Positions 20,701 to 32,700 of a DNA stretch of 64,000 nucleotides are shown here, piece by piece; position 1 is the stretch's first letter, and each line of letters starts with the position of its first letter. A program made the position numbers and the translations under genes. This DNA comes from Cetorhinus maximus (lineage: Eukaryota), in the NCBI RefSeq assembly GCF_964194155.1, contig NC_135890.1:23684001-23748000 (forward strand), in the 5' to 3' direction. Below the pieces are notes generated by a model that had not been told where the DNA came from, ran no database searches, and was given only the letters and a program-made list of their open reading frames with translations.

Positions 20701-23700
20701 TGGAGGGGAACTTCCAGGTGGTAGTGTTCCGATCTGTCTGCAGCCCTTGTTCTTCTAGATGGTAGTGGTAGTGGGTTTGGAAGGTGCTGCCTAAGGAGGC
20801 TTGGTGAGTTCCTGCAGTGTTTCTTGTAGATAGTATACAGTGCTGCTACTATGTTTTAGTGGTGGAGGAAGTGAATGTTTGTGGGTGTGATGCCAGTCAA
20901 GCGGGCTGCTTTTTTCCTGGATGGTGTCAAGCTTCTTGAGTGTTGTTGGAGCTGCACTCATCCAGGCAAGTGGAGAGTATTCTGTCACACTCCTGACTTG
21001 TGCCTTGTAGATGGTGGACAGGCTTTGGGGAGTCAGGAGGTGAGCTACTCGCTGCAGGCTACTCTGATCTGCTACTCTGATCTGCTCTCGTAGCCACAGT
21101 ATTTATATGGCTAGTCCGGTTCAGTTTCTGGTCGATGGCAACACCCAGGATGTTGATGATAGGGGATTCAGCATTGGTAATGTCAAGGGGCAATGATTAG
21201 ATTATCAGTTGTTGGAGATAGCCTGGCACTTGTGTGGCATGAATGTTACTTGCCACTTGTCAGCCCAAGCCTGGATATTGTCCAGGTCTTGCTGCACTTG
21301 GAGGCGAACTGCTTCAGGTAGGAGGTTTAGAAAAGAACTGAAATTAGTAGGAGGTTTAGAGAGGACTTGGAAAATTTCTTTGAGCCAGAGGGTGGTGAAG
21401 GTCTGTAACTCATTGCCTGAAAGGGTGAAAGAGGAAGAAGCCCTCTTTGCAGTTAAAAAATGAAAATTGGAAATGCATTTGAAGTGCTGTAGCCTATGGT
21501 GTTGCTGACCAAGAGCTGGAAAGTGGTGTTAGACTGGATAATTCTCTTTTGACTAGCACAGACACGATGGGTCAAATGGGCTCCTATGCTGTAAACTCTG
21601 TGTTTCTATTATTAGTGCTCTTGTGACTTTTCACTTTTCTGACAGGGCTCTATGGAAAGGAAGGAATTCTGCCAGTCCGCAGGATGCTGCCCTTCACCGG
21701 AAAGCCACTGCTGGACCAGCTGACTGACTCGCCAACGTTACTGTGGTTGTGTCCCTGGCTTGGGCTTGACACTGAGCAGGGCATGGAGCTCATCTGCTTG
21801 CTGGGCATCGGCCTGTCGATCATTGCACTGGTGATAAAGCCTCTCCGAGACTGCTTCATCTTTGCATGCCTCTGGTTCCTCTACCTGTCTCTGTACCAGG
21901 TGGGTGTGTGTTTGTGTCTTTCCCATCCGAGTGTATGTGCCCTTCCCACACAACCACATGTTGTCAGCTCCAAGTGTGGGGGTCATGAATCATTTCAACC
22001 CCTGGGTCAGGGGTCACTACATCTGGTTTGTGGCATGTTGGGGGAGTGGAGTATATAAAATAATTCAGATTAGGGGCCAATCATGTTTGTGGGATTTCAG
22101 CCTGGATTCCGAAGTGAGGTGACAGCAAAACCCACAGCAGCAAGAACTGAATGCTCGATTAGAGGGAGGGGTTTAAACTAGTGAGGAGGAGTTCAAACTG
22201 TGTGCAGCGAGAGCTGATATTTGGGGGAGGTGGTGGAGTGGTGGCAGAGCTGAGCTCTGGATGGGGTGGTTTTCTGAAAGGAATGCAATCTCTGGGCGAG
22301 TGTTAATAATTCATGTTTTATTTTCTCCAGGTTGGACAAGTCTTCCTGTATTTCCAGTGGTGAGTTCATTTCATCCCCCATTACCCTCCCACAGAATGTT
22401 TGCAAAGGGTATTGGTGACGGGCAGTATGGGAGGAGTGAACAATATGCAAAGGGGTGAACAGTGAGGGTCATGCAGGGAACGTGTGTGAAGGGGTGAACA
22501 ATGTGTGAGAGGAGTAAGCAGGGGGCAGCATGCAAATGGATTAACACTGAGGAGTAAGCAGGGGGACAGCATGCAAAGGGATGATCAGTGTGTGAGGGGT
22601 GAGCGGGGACAGCATGTGAAGGGTGAAGAGTGTTTGAGGAGTAAGCAGGGGGCAGTGTGCAAACGGGTGATCAGTGTGCAGGAAGAGCAGTGTAAGGAGT
22701 GAGTAACCAGTACCCCTCTGATTCTGCAGGGACAGTTTGCTACTGGAGACTGGATTCCTGGCGATCCTGGTTGCACCGCTACACCTGCAGAAATGGCGGG
22801 CAGCCCCTTCCCAGCACCATGACGTCATCACCTTCTGGTTGGTACGATGGCTGTTCTTCAGGCTCATGTTTGCCTCTGGCGTGGTGAAACTGACCAGCCG
22901 ATGTCCCACATGGTGGGGGCTCACAGGTGAGAAACAGTTACTGCAGTTACATGTACACCAACTCAACCCCCAACCAGTTGCACCAACCGCCCCATTGACT
23001 AGGCTAGAGGAAGATTGACTTTAAAAAGTGCAGCTTATCCTGAGTTAGGCAATGTTTGTGTTGTTTGTTATTTTCAGTGTAGTGAGAATCAGTGGAGATT
23101 GGATGAGTTTTATAGAAGACTGAGCATATTGTTCAGTCCTGTATTTTGCGTAAAATAAACCAGCTTCTTGGTTTCCATGCAACCTTTTCTCGCAAGTGTT
23201 CGCAATTGATCTTCCGGAAGATCAGAGATATGCGCATGGGAGATTGGTGGCCAACTCACATTACATAGGATTTTATTCACTGTTGTGGCACAATATATAG
23301 GGCAATAACGATGAGCTCATGATTATATGGTACGTATTACCCACTTACAGGGGGAATGGTGATGGTGAACCTGGGACAGTGTTGTGTGTAAACACTGTAC
23401 AAAAGGAATATACTGTGGATGCTGGAAATCTGAAACTAACACATAAAATACTAGAAATATTCAGCATGTCTTACAGCATCCGTGGAGAGAGGAAGAGAGT
23501 TAAATGTTTCAGGTCTGATGATCTTTCATCAGAACTCACTAAATTTGGGTGTCTGATCTCCTTACAGCTCTGACCTATCACTATGAGACTCAGTGCATCC
23601 CCACTGCTGCTGCTTGGTTTGCACACCAGCTGCCATCTTGGTTTCAAAAGTTCAGCGTGGTTATCGTGTTTGTGCTGGAGATTGTGGTTCCTCTGTTGTT

Positions 23701-26700
23701 CTTTGCTCCAAACCGTCGCCTTAGGCTATTCGCGTTCTACACTCAGGTAAGTCCAGGTTCTACAGATAACAAATACTCCGAGATATCAGACAGTCAGAGG
23801 ATGGAGTGGACAAATTAAGAGAGAGAGTTGTAAAGAGTGGTTCAAATCCACAGCCCCTGTTATGCTCAGGCTCTGGCACAGACAAAGAGTGTACATTTCA
23901 ATGCCTGAGATTCCCCCCCATGGCTGATTGTTAGAGGCTGGACCCCACCTGGGGGAGGCAGGGTGAGGGGTGTTTTGGGAGTAAAACAGGGCATCCAAAG
24001 CCTTTGCTCCGAGGTGTGCACTATTCCCTGACCCCCACAACTAAAAAGGAGGTTCAGAGGGGGAGGGTGTTGGGGCAGGTATAGGGGTTTGGGGGAAAGC
24101 AAGTACGTACCCTGAGGAAGGTGACGTTTGCTGGCCCAGATCATTGTTGCAGCCCACCAGATCCTGATGCATGCGGGAAGGATCCCGGCTTCTCTCTCTC
24201 GTGCTCTCGACCTCTCTGTATGTCTCTCTGTTTCTCTGATGGAATTTTCTTTTAACTCTCCAGATTCTGCTCCAGGTATTAATTATTATCACTGGTAACT
24301 ATAATTTCTTCAATCTGCTCACGATTGTCCTGGGGTTCTCACTACTGGACGATCAGCATGCTCAGTTTTGGCACAGGCGAGGCAAGAAGCAACACCCCGA
24401 GAGTGAGTATCAGGCAGGTGAGGGGGTGGCCTGTAGGTGGCACATTGTGACAGGCGATGTGTCCAGGGTCGAGTACCTGTGACTGGAGGCGTGTTCCATG
24501 GGTCAGGTCCCCGTGACTGGTGGCATGTCCGGGGATCGGGGCCCTGTGACTGGTGGCGTGTCTGGAGCCGGATCCCCATGGCCGGTGGCGTGTCCGGAGC
24601 CCGGCCCCCGTGACTGGTGGCATGCCCAGGGCCGGATCCCTGTGAGGTTGCTGCCGGGGTCAGGTCCCCGTGAGACCGCTGGCGTCCCCGTGAGACTGCT
24701 TGCATACCCGGGGCCAGGTCCCCACAAGACTGCTGGCATGCCTAGGGCTGGGTCCCTGTGAGACAGCTGGTGTGCCTGGGGCTGGGTTCCTGTGAGACAG
24801 CTGGTGTGCCTGGGACTGGGTCCCTGTGAGACAGCTGGTGTGCCTGGGGCTGGGTCCCTGTGAGACAGCTGGTGTGCCTGGGGCTGGGTCCCTGTGAGAC
24901 AGCTGGTGTGCCTGGGGCTGGGTCCCTGTGAGACAGCTGGTGTGCCTGGGGCTGGGTCCCTGTGAGACAGCTGGTGTGCCTGGGGCTGGGTCCCTGTGAG
25001 ACAGCTGCCATGCCTGGGGCTGGGTCCCTGTGAGACAGCTGGTGTGCCTGGGGCTGGGTCCCTGTGAGACAGCTGCCATGCCTGGGGCTGGGTCCCTGTG
25101 AGACAGCTGCCGTGCCTGGGGCTGGGTCCCTGTGAGACAGCTGCCATGCCTGGGGCTGGGTCCCAGTGAGACAGCTGCCGTGCCTGGGGCTGGGTCCCTG
25201 TGAGACAGCTGGCGTGCCTGGGGCTGGGTCCCCGTGAGACAGCTGGCATGCCTAGGGCTGGGTCCCCGTGAGACAGCTGCCATGCCTGGGGCTGGGTCCC
25301 TGTGAGACAGCTGCCGTGCCTGGGGCTGGGTCCCTGTGACACTGCTGGTGTGTCCCTGTGAGACAGCTGCCGTGCCTGGGGCTGGGTCCCTGTGAGACAG
25401 CTGCCGTGCCTGGGGCTGGGTCCCCGTGAGACAGCTGGCGTGCCTGGGGCTGGGTCCCCGTGAGACAGCTGGCGTGCCTGGGGCTGGGTTCCCGTGAGAC
25501 AGCTGGCGTGCCTGGGGCTGGGTCCCCGTGAGACAGCTGGCGTGCCTGGGGCTGGGTCCCCGTGAGACAGCTGGCGTGCCTGGGGCTGGGTCCCCGTGAG
25601 ACAGCTGGCGTGCCTGGGGCTGGGTCCCCGTGAGACAGCTGGCGTGCCTGGGGCTGGGTCCCCGTGAGACAGCTGGCGTGCCTGGGGCTGGGTCCCCGTG
25701 AGACAGCTGGCGTGCCTGGGGCTGGGTCCCCGTGAGACAGCTGGCGTGCCTGGGGCTGGGTCCCGTAAGACTGTGGGGGTGCCCAGGGCCGGGCGCATAT
25801 GCGACTGTGCGCATGCCCGGGGCCAGATCCCTGTGATATGTGTCCAGGGAAAAGGTGATTGAACTCTAACATTTGCAGTTTGATTGTTTCTTCTTTTCCC
25901 TATAGGCCCAGGTTGGTCACGGACACTGCAAGCCCTGATCGTTAGCCTCATTGAGCTGGCGGTTTATTTAACACTTGTTTACGGGACAATTCACTACTTC
26001 GGACTAAGTGTTGACTGGGAGAAAAGGTTGATAGAATCAAAAATAGGTACGAGCAACAACAGCTTCAGATCCTCTCCCTGCCTGGGACACTCAACCTGCC
26101 TTATAACCAACCAGCAGGCTCAGCTCTTCAGATATCACTCATAAGAACTAGGAGCAGGAGTAGGCAATTCAGCCCCTCGAGCCTGCCCCGTCATTCATTA
26201 CGATCATGGCTGATCTCATTTCGGCCTCAACTCCAATTTCCCGCCCTCTCCCCATAACCTATCAACCCATTACTAATTAAAAATCTGTCTATCTCCTCAA
26301 ATTTATTCAGCGTCCCGGCAACCACTGCACTCTGAGGTAATGGATTCCAAAGATTCGCGACCCTTTGAGAAAAGTAATTCCTCCTCATCGCTGATTTAAA
26401 TCTACCACCCCTTAGCCTCTCATTCTAGAATGCCCCACAAGGGGAAACATCCGCTCCACGTCTACTTTGTCTGTCCCCTTTAGCATCTTATATACCTCAA
26501 TTAGATCTCCTCTCATCCTTCTAAACTCTAGCGAGTATAGGCCTAAACTGCTCAATCTCTCCTCATAAGACAAACCCCGCATCTCTGGAATCAATCTAAT
26601 GAACCTCCTCTGAACCGCCTCCAGTGCAACTACATCCTTCCTCAAGTAAGGGGACCAAAACTGTGCACAGTACTCCAGGTGCAGTCTCACCAATGCCTTG

Positions 26701-29700
26701 TACAGTTGCAACAACACTTCCCTATTTTTATACTCTATTCCTTTAGCAATAAATGCCAAAATTCCATTTGCCTTCCTTATTACCTGCTCTACCTGCATAC
26801 TAGCTTTCAGCGATTCATGCATGAGGACACCCAGATCCCTCTGCACTGAAGCATTCTGAAGTTTCTCTCCATTTAAATAATAAGTCGCCTTTTTATTCTT
26901 CCAACCAAAATAGATAACCTCACACTTATCCACGTTAAACTCCATCTGCCAAATTTTGGCCCATTCACCTAACCTGTCCACATCCATTTGTAAATTTCTT
27001 ATTTCTCCAATAATTCACATGCTTTGTTACTAAATATTCCTTGTCTTTATAAATTGTTGTTACATTTGTCTTTCTTTTTAAAATATATTTGCATGCTCCT
27101 CGCCCTAGTGCTGGAGAATGGTACGATTATACACATAATTAGTAAAAAGGTTGTCAAAGGAAAGGCAGGAATGATAGGGACGATAAAATAAATCCTCTTG
27201 TGGAAGTATGGGGCATTGCTGAGGTACTAAATGAGTATTTTGCATCTGTCTCCACTAAAGAGAACAGTGCTGTCAGTGACACAGTGAGGAAGGAGGCAGT
27301 AGCCAGATGGTTTCATAAACAACAATCCAGGACAAAATTTATTGACATCTGGTAAAGTATAGGCTCATAACTGCAAGGCAACACAGATTTATTAAAGGAA
27401 GATCATGTTTGATTAACTTGAATGAGTTCTTTAAGGCAACAGAGAGGGTTGATGAGGGTAGTTCAGCTGATGTGCATATGGACTTTCAAACTGCCACATA
27501 AAAGGCTTGTTAGCAAAATCAAAGCCTCTGTAATGTGGAATTAAAGGGGCAGTGGCAGTGGATACAAAAATTGTCGGAGAATAATAACGATCACTTGTTT
27601 TTCGAACTGGAGGGAAGTATACAGTGGTGTCCCCAAGGATCAGTATTGTCTTTTTAGTATACACTGTAATCTCTTCAGTTCTGAAGTCTATTGTTCGAAA
27701 ATCCCAGTTGTCAGGAAATTTTTTGAGCAGACCCAAGCCTCATTTCAGATCAGTGCCTTGAGAGTGGAAACATGGAAAATGTGGTATTTGGATCAGTAAA
27801 GTCAGCTTTATAATGTTTTATCACTATTTTATGTTTCAGGTAAATATTTATATCTATAGTGTCTCCCAGTTCACACACTTGTGGTTAGGCATTCTAATGT
27901 CATTCTATAATCCAGACAGCTCCAAAATCCAGAAATGACTAGGTCCCAAGCATTCCAGACTGGGAGAGGTTAAAGATTATAATTAATGACTTTGGTTTCA
28001 TTATACAGGACATAATTTCAAAGTTTGATTGTAGGAAACTTGAAAATGTGGTAAACATTGAAGAGGATAGTAACATGCTTCAGGAGGACATAGACCGGTA
28101 AACTGAACAGACTCACAGCAGATTAATTTTTATGCAAAGAAGTATGAAATGATGCATTTTGGTAGGAAGAAAGAAGAGAGGCAATATGAAATAAAGGAGA
28201 AACAGGAACAGAGACACTGGGGGTGTCTTTGATGGCGGGACAAGTCGAGAAGGCTGTTAAAAAGCATACAGGATCCTTGCGGGGGGTGGGGGCATGCTGT
28301 GGGGGAGAGGGGCATGTGGAAAGACAATTTTGAGATCTGACATCATTAGGATATAATTTAAAACTAAAACTTGTGAAGTCATGATGTGCAATTATTCCCA
28401 TTTTTAGATGTAAAATTTGAAAAACTCTGCATACAGAAGATCAAGGGGCCCAGGACTTTAAAAATCTACATTTTTAATATCTGCGACAGCTGGGCATCAG
28501 TTTGTCTTATGAGGACAGTTGAAAGGTTGGGCCTATACTCATTGGAGTTTAGAAGAATTAGAGATGATCGTGAAACATATAAGATTCTGAGGGGGCTAGA
28601 TAAGGTGGATGCTGAGAGGATGTTTCCCCTCATGGAGAATTTACAACTAGGGGGCACAGTTTCAAAATAAAGAGTCTTCCATTTAAGACGGAGATGAGAA
28701 ATTTCTCATAGGGTTGTTGCTGTTTGGAATTCTCTTCCCCAGCGAGCAGTGGAGGCTGGTCATTGACTGTATTCAAGGCTGAGTTAGACAAGGTTATGGG
28801 GGCAGGCAGGAAAGTGGAATTAAGGCCACAATCAGATCAGCTATGATCTTATTGAAAGGTGGAGCAGGCTCGAGGGCGCCGAATGGCCCATTCCTGCTCC
28901 TATTTCTCATGCTTACGCTATAGGAAAGATGTCAAAGCTTTGGAGAGAGTACAGACGAAAATGGTGCCCAGGATGAGGGACTTCTGTTATGTGAAGAGAC
29001 TGGAGAACCTGGGATTGTTTTATTCATAAAATCATATTTCTCCTTGGAGAAAAGAAGGTTAAAAGAAAATTTGTTAGAGGTATTCAAAATCATGAAAGGT
29101 TTTGACACAGTAAATAAGCAGAAACTGTTTCCAATGGCAGAAGATTTGGTAACTAGCACACACAGATTTAAGGTAATTAACAAAAGGACCAGAAGCGACA
29201 TGAAGAAACATTTTTTTCAATATAGCCAGTTATGATCTGAAATGCATTGCCTCAGAGGGTGGTGAAAGCAAATTCAGTTGTACTACTCAACAGAGAAGGA
29301 GAAGAGCGGCGCAGTGGGTTTAATTGGATAACTCTACCAAAGTGTTGGCAAAGGCATGATGGGCCGAATGGCTTCCTGTGTTATATGATTTTATGAATAA
29401 AACTCATTGCAGTTTGAGGCATCCTGTGTTGACATCAAACATTCCCAGGGCAGGTACATCATAGGTCAGATGCAGAGTAAAGCTTTCTCAACACTGTCTA
29501 CTCACACACTCCAGGGCAGGTACAGCACGGGTTAGATACAGAGTAAAGCTGTCTCTACACTGTCCCCTCAAACACTGCAGAGCATGTACAGCACAGGCTC
29601 TCTCTAACCACACCCTTTGCTTGGTTCATAGTCTTCACTTTCCATGAGTTTACACAGTGGCTAAAGATCGTGACTCCACTCACCATCTGGATCGGTGTGC

Positions 29701-32700
29701 TGTCCCTCAGCTGGGAGATAATCAAGTCATTGCTCAGGTGCGTCTCTGAGGAAGTATACAGATTCTCCCATCCTTCATGTGTGCCCTGCCTGAAGGCAGG
29801 TCCTCAGCTGATTGTCTGCTGATGCTTTCATCCTGAGCTATTTTTCTTGGTAGTTTTTGTTAGCGGTGTTTTTTCCATTACCTTCCACTCTCAGGAGCAT
29901 GGTGAGGAGACAGATCCCAAGTCTGCCTCGTCCGGAACAGTAATCGAACTCGCACTGTTGGCACTAAACCACAATAGCCATCTAGGCAACTGAACTAACT
30001 GGTCCCCAGAGAAGGTTTCCCTGTAGTGTGGGAAATGTGTCAGTCGCTTTGCATACAGCAAGTTCCCACAGCAACAATGAACCGCAGTGACCAGATAATC
30101 TTTGGTTTTTTTGGTGATGTTGTTGGAGGGATAAATAAGGGTCAGATCACCCTGCTTCTCTTCAGTTTGTGTCCTCTTTAAGCTGTGTGGGTGCACACAA
30201 CAAATAAAAATTGGAAAGAACATTGTTCAATTGTTCATGCCCTTCCCAAACCGCCCACCCCCCACACTGGGTTTATTTGTTCTCATTCCTGGTTTATGAT
30301 GTTGCCGAACACCCAGTTTATAGGGGTTTCTTGCTGCAGCCCCCTCCTCCAGTTTATGGGATTCCTTTTACACCCACGCAACTCCCAGTTTACTTGCTGT
30401 GCACTTGATTTGCAGGAATGTTGCCTAAACCCCAGCCCCCTTTTGCTTGATTCTCAAACAACCCCCCCCAAAAGCTTAAAGAGTCCTCTCGTGAGTCCCC
30501 CAGTTGTGCTGCCCCCTCACCGCTGAATTAACACTGACTCTTTTTCTCTCTCGTAGCTCCCTGATGGTGAGAGGGTTTATTGCCAAGCTCTGGGCTTTCT
30601 CTCAATGGGCCGTATTTGCTGCTGCTGCTATTGCAATGTTTGCCGTTAGTCTGGTGAGTGAGGGCTACTGGGTAGAGCTGGGACTCTCCCTTGGAAATCT
30701 TTGATCTCAGTTAAAGAAAAAAGGATTGCATTTATATAGTGCCTTTTACCACCTCAGGACATCCCAAAGTGCTTAACAGCCAATGAAATACTTTTGAAAT
30801 GTAGTAACTGCTGTAATGTAGGAAACACAGCAACTAAGATCCCACAAACAATTAGATAAATGACCAGATCATCTATTTTTGTGATGTTGATGAGGGATAA
30901 ATATTGGTCAGGACACTAGGGATAACTCCCTGGCTCTTCTTCAAAATAGTGCCATGGGATCTTTTATGTCCACCTGAGAGAGCAGAGAGGACCTTGGTTT
31001 AAAGTCCCATCTGTAAGGTGGCACCTCCTACAGTGTAGCATTCCCTCTACCACACTGGACTGTCAGCCTAGATTTTCAAGCTTAAGTTTCTGAAATGCAA
31101 CTCGAACCCACAAACTTCAGAGATTCAGAGGCAAGAGTGCTACCAACTGAGCGACAGCCGGCACAGTTTAACAACAGCCTCGAGTTATTGAAGACAGATC
31201 AGGTCTGTTCCCCAAAACATGCCTAGGCCTCAGCACTCTTACTGTCCTGGGCCATGTTATTGACCCAACTTACTCAGAGGATGAAGAGCTGGAGTTGGTT
31301 ACTCTTGGAGTGGGTGAAAATCCGTGATTGGTTACTTAGAGAGAGGGTGACTAGATAGGATTTGTTGCTCAGAGAGGGTGGCAGGTTTGCATTGCGTATG
31401 AGGGGCGAAATTGGGAGGATTGGTTAATCCAGTTTAGGATCTGAAGGGAATGGATGAATCCAAATAACATGTTCAAGGTTAGAACAAATTCCAGAAGTAG
31501 TGACTGGCTCAGGCTCAGGGTTAGACTCAGCCCCTTTATAGAGGATGATGAATATGGAATGGATGACCCAATGAGTGAGAGAAATTTTAGAGAAGTGGGT
31601 GAATACTTGAGGGATTGATTTATAGGACCAAGACCACCCAACATCTCTCAGTTTACTGGTGATTTGCAAATTTCTGTGAAGTTAAAAGTCAATACAACAG
31701 CTCTTCTGCCACAGCTAGGATACTACATACAGTTCTGGTCACCACATTATAGGAAAGATGTGATCACACTGTAGGGGACAAAGGAAATTTATGAGGATGT
31801 CGCCAGGAATGGAGCATCTTAGCTAAGAGGAGAGATTGAATAGACTGTGATTGTTTTCTTTGGAACGGATGAGGCTGAGAGGTGATTTAATTGACTTGTA
31901 TAAAACTATGAGGGATCTAGGTAGAGTGGGAAACAAAGCACCTACTTCTCTTAGCAGAGAGGTCAAGAACCAGGGAACATAGTTATCAACTCTGTCTCTA
32001 TATATGTCTCCTTGGCTTTCTTCCTAGCCATTTGAATCATGTAATTGGCTGAAGGTTTAGAGAGGAGTTGAGAATTTTTTTCACCCAGAGGGTGGTAGAG
32101 AGCTGGAACTCAATGCCTGAAAGACTGATAGAGGGAGAAACACTCATCATTTGTAAAAAGGAATTATTTGAATATACACTTAATTTCGTAACCAATAGAG
32201 CCACAGATCAAGAGGCACCACCCCCACCTGGTTTTACTGTGTTGTGTTTCTCCTCCCCCACCCCCAGCTCTCCTGTTCTTAGTATGATGTGTTAGAAATT
32301 GATGGGTATGAGTTCAGGGTGCTGATGGTCTAACCTCCTGCCTTCACCCAGGTACCATACACCTTCATTGAGTACGAGGCCAGCTCCAACCTGAGGCCTG
32401 AGATCCGGCGGCTGTATGATATGGTTGACCGTTACCAACTGGTCAACTCCTATGGGTTGTTCCGGCGAATGACAGGGGTTGGAGGTCGCCCAGAGGTTGT
32501 TTTGGAAGGAAGCTATGATGGCCAGAGATGGACGGTAGGATTCTTGCACGGTGGAGAAGGAGGGAGTGGGATCATTGTGACGGGACAGATTTCAATTTAG
32601 TGGGAGAGTCATGAGAAAGTCGTTCTATGACCCAGCACCCAACCCAACCATCCTCTCCCTAAAGTGGGTTGCTGTCCCCCTCATTCCTTGCCCTGAGAGT

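Noticed and set aside
24741-25765. CRISPR-like array (34-bp repeats)
   Set aside because: Units are directly adjacent with no unique spacers, the context is eukaryotic, and there are no cas genes
24503-25951. Long minus-strand ORFs (482, 384 and 206 aa)
   Set aside because: Artefact of a 34-bp repeat with almost no stops on that strand; the 34-aa periodicity equals three units; lies antisense in an LMF2 intron
26412-26987. 191-aa ORF (similarly 52262-52666, 53900-54319 and 60228-60761) as host genes
   Set aside because: These are CR1 ORF2 fragments
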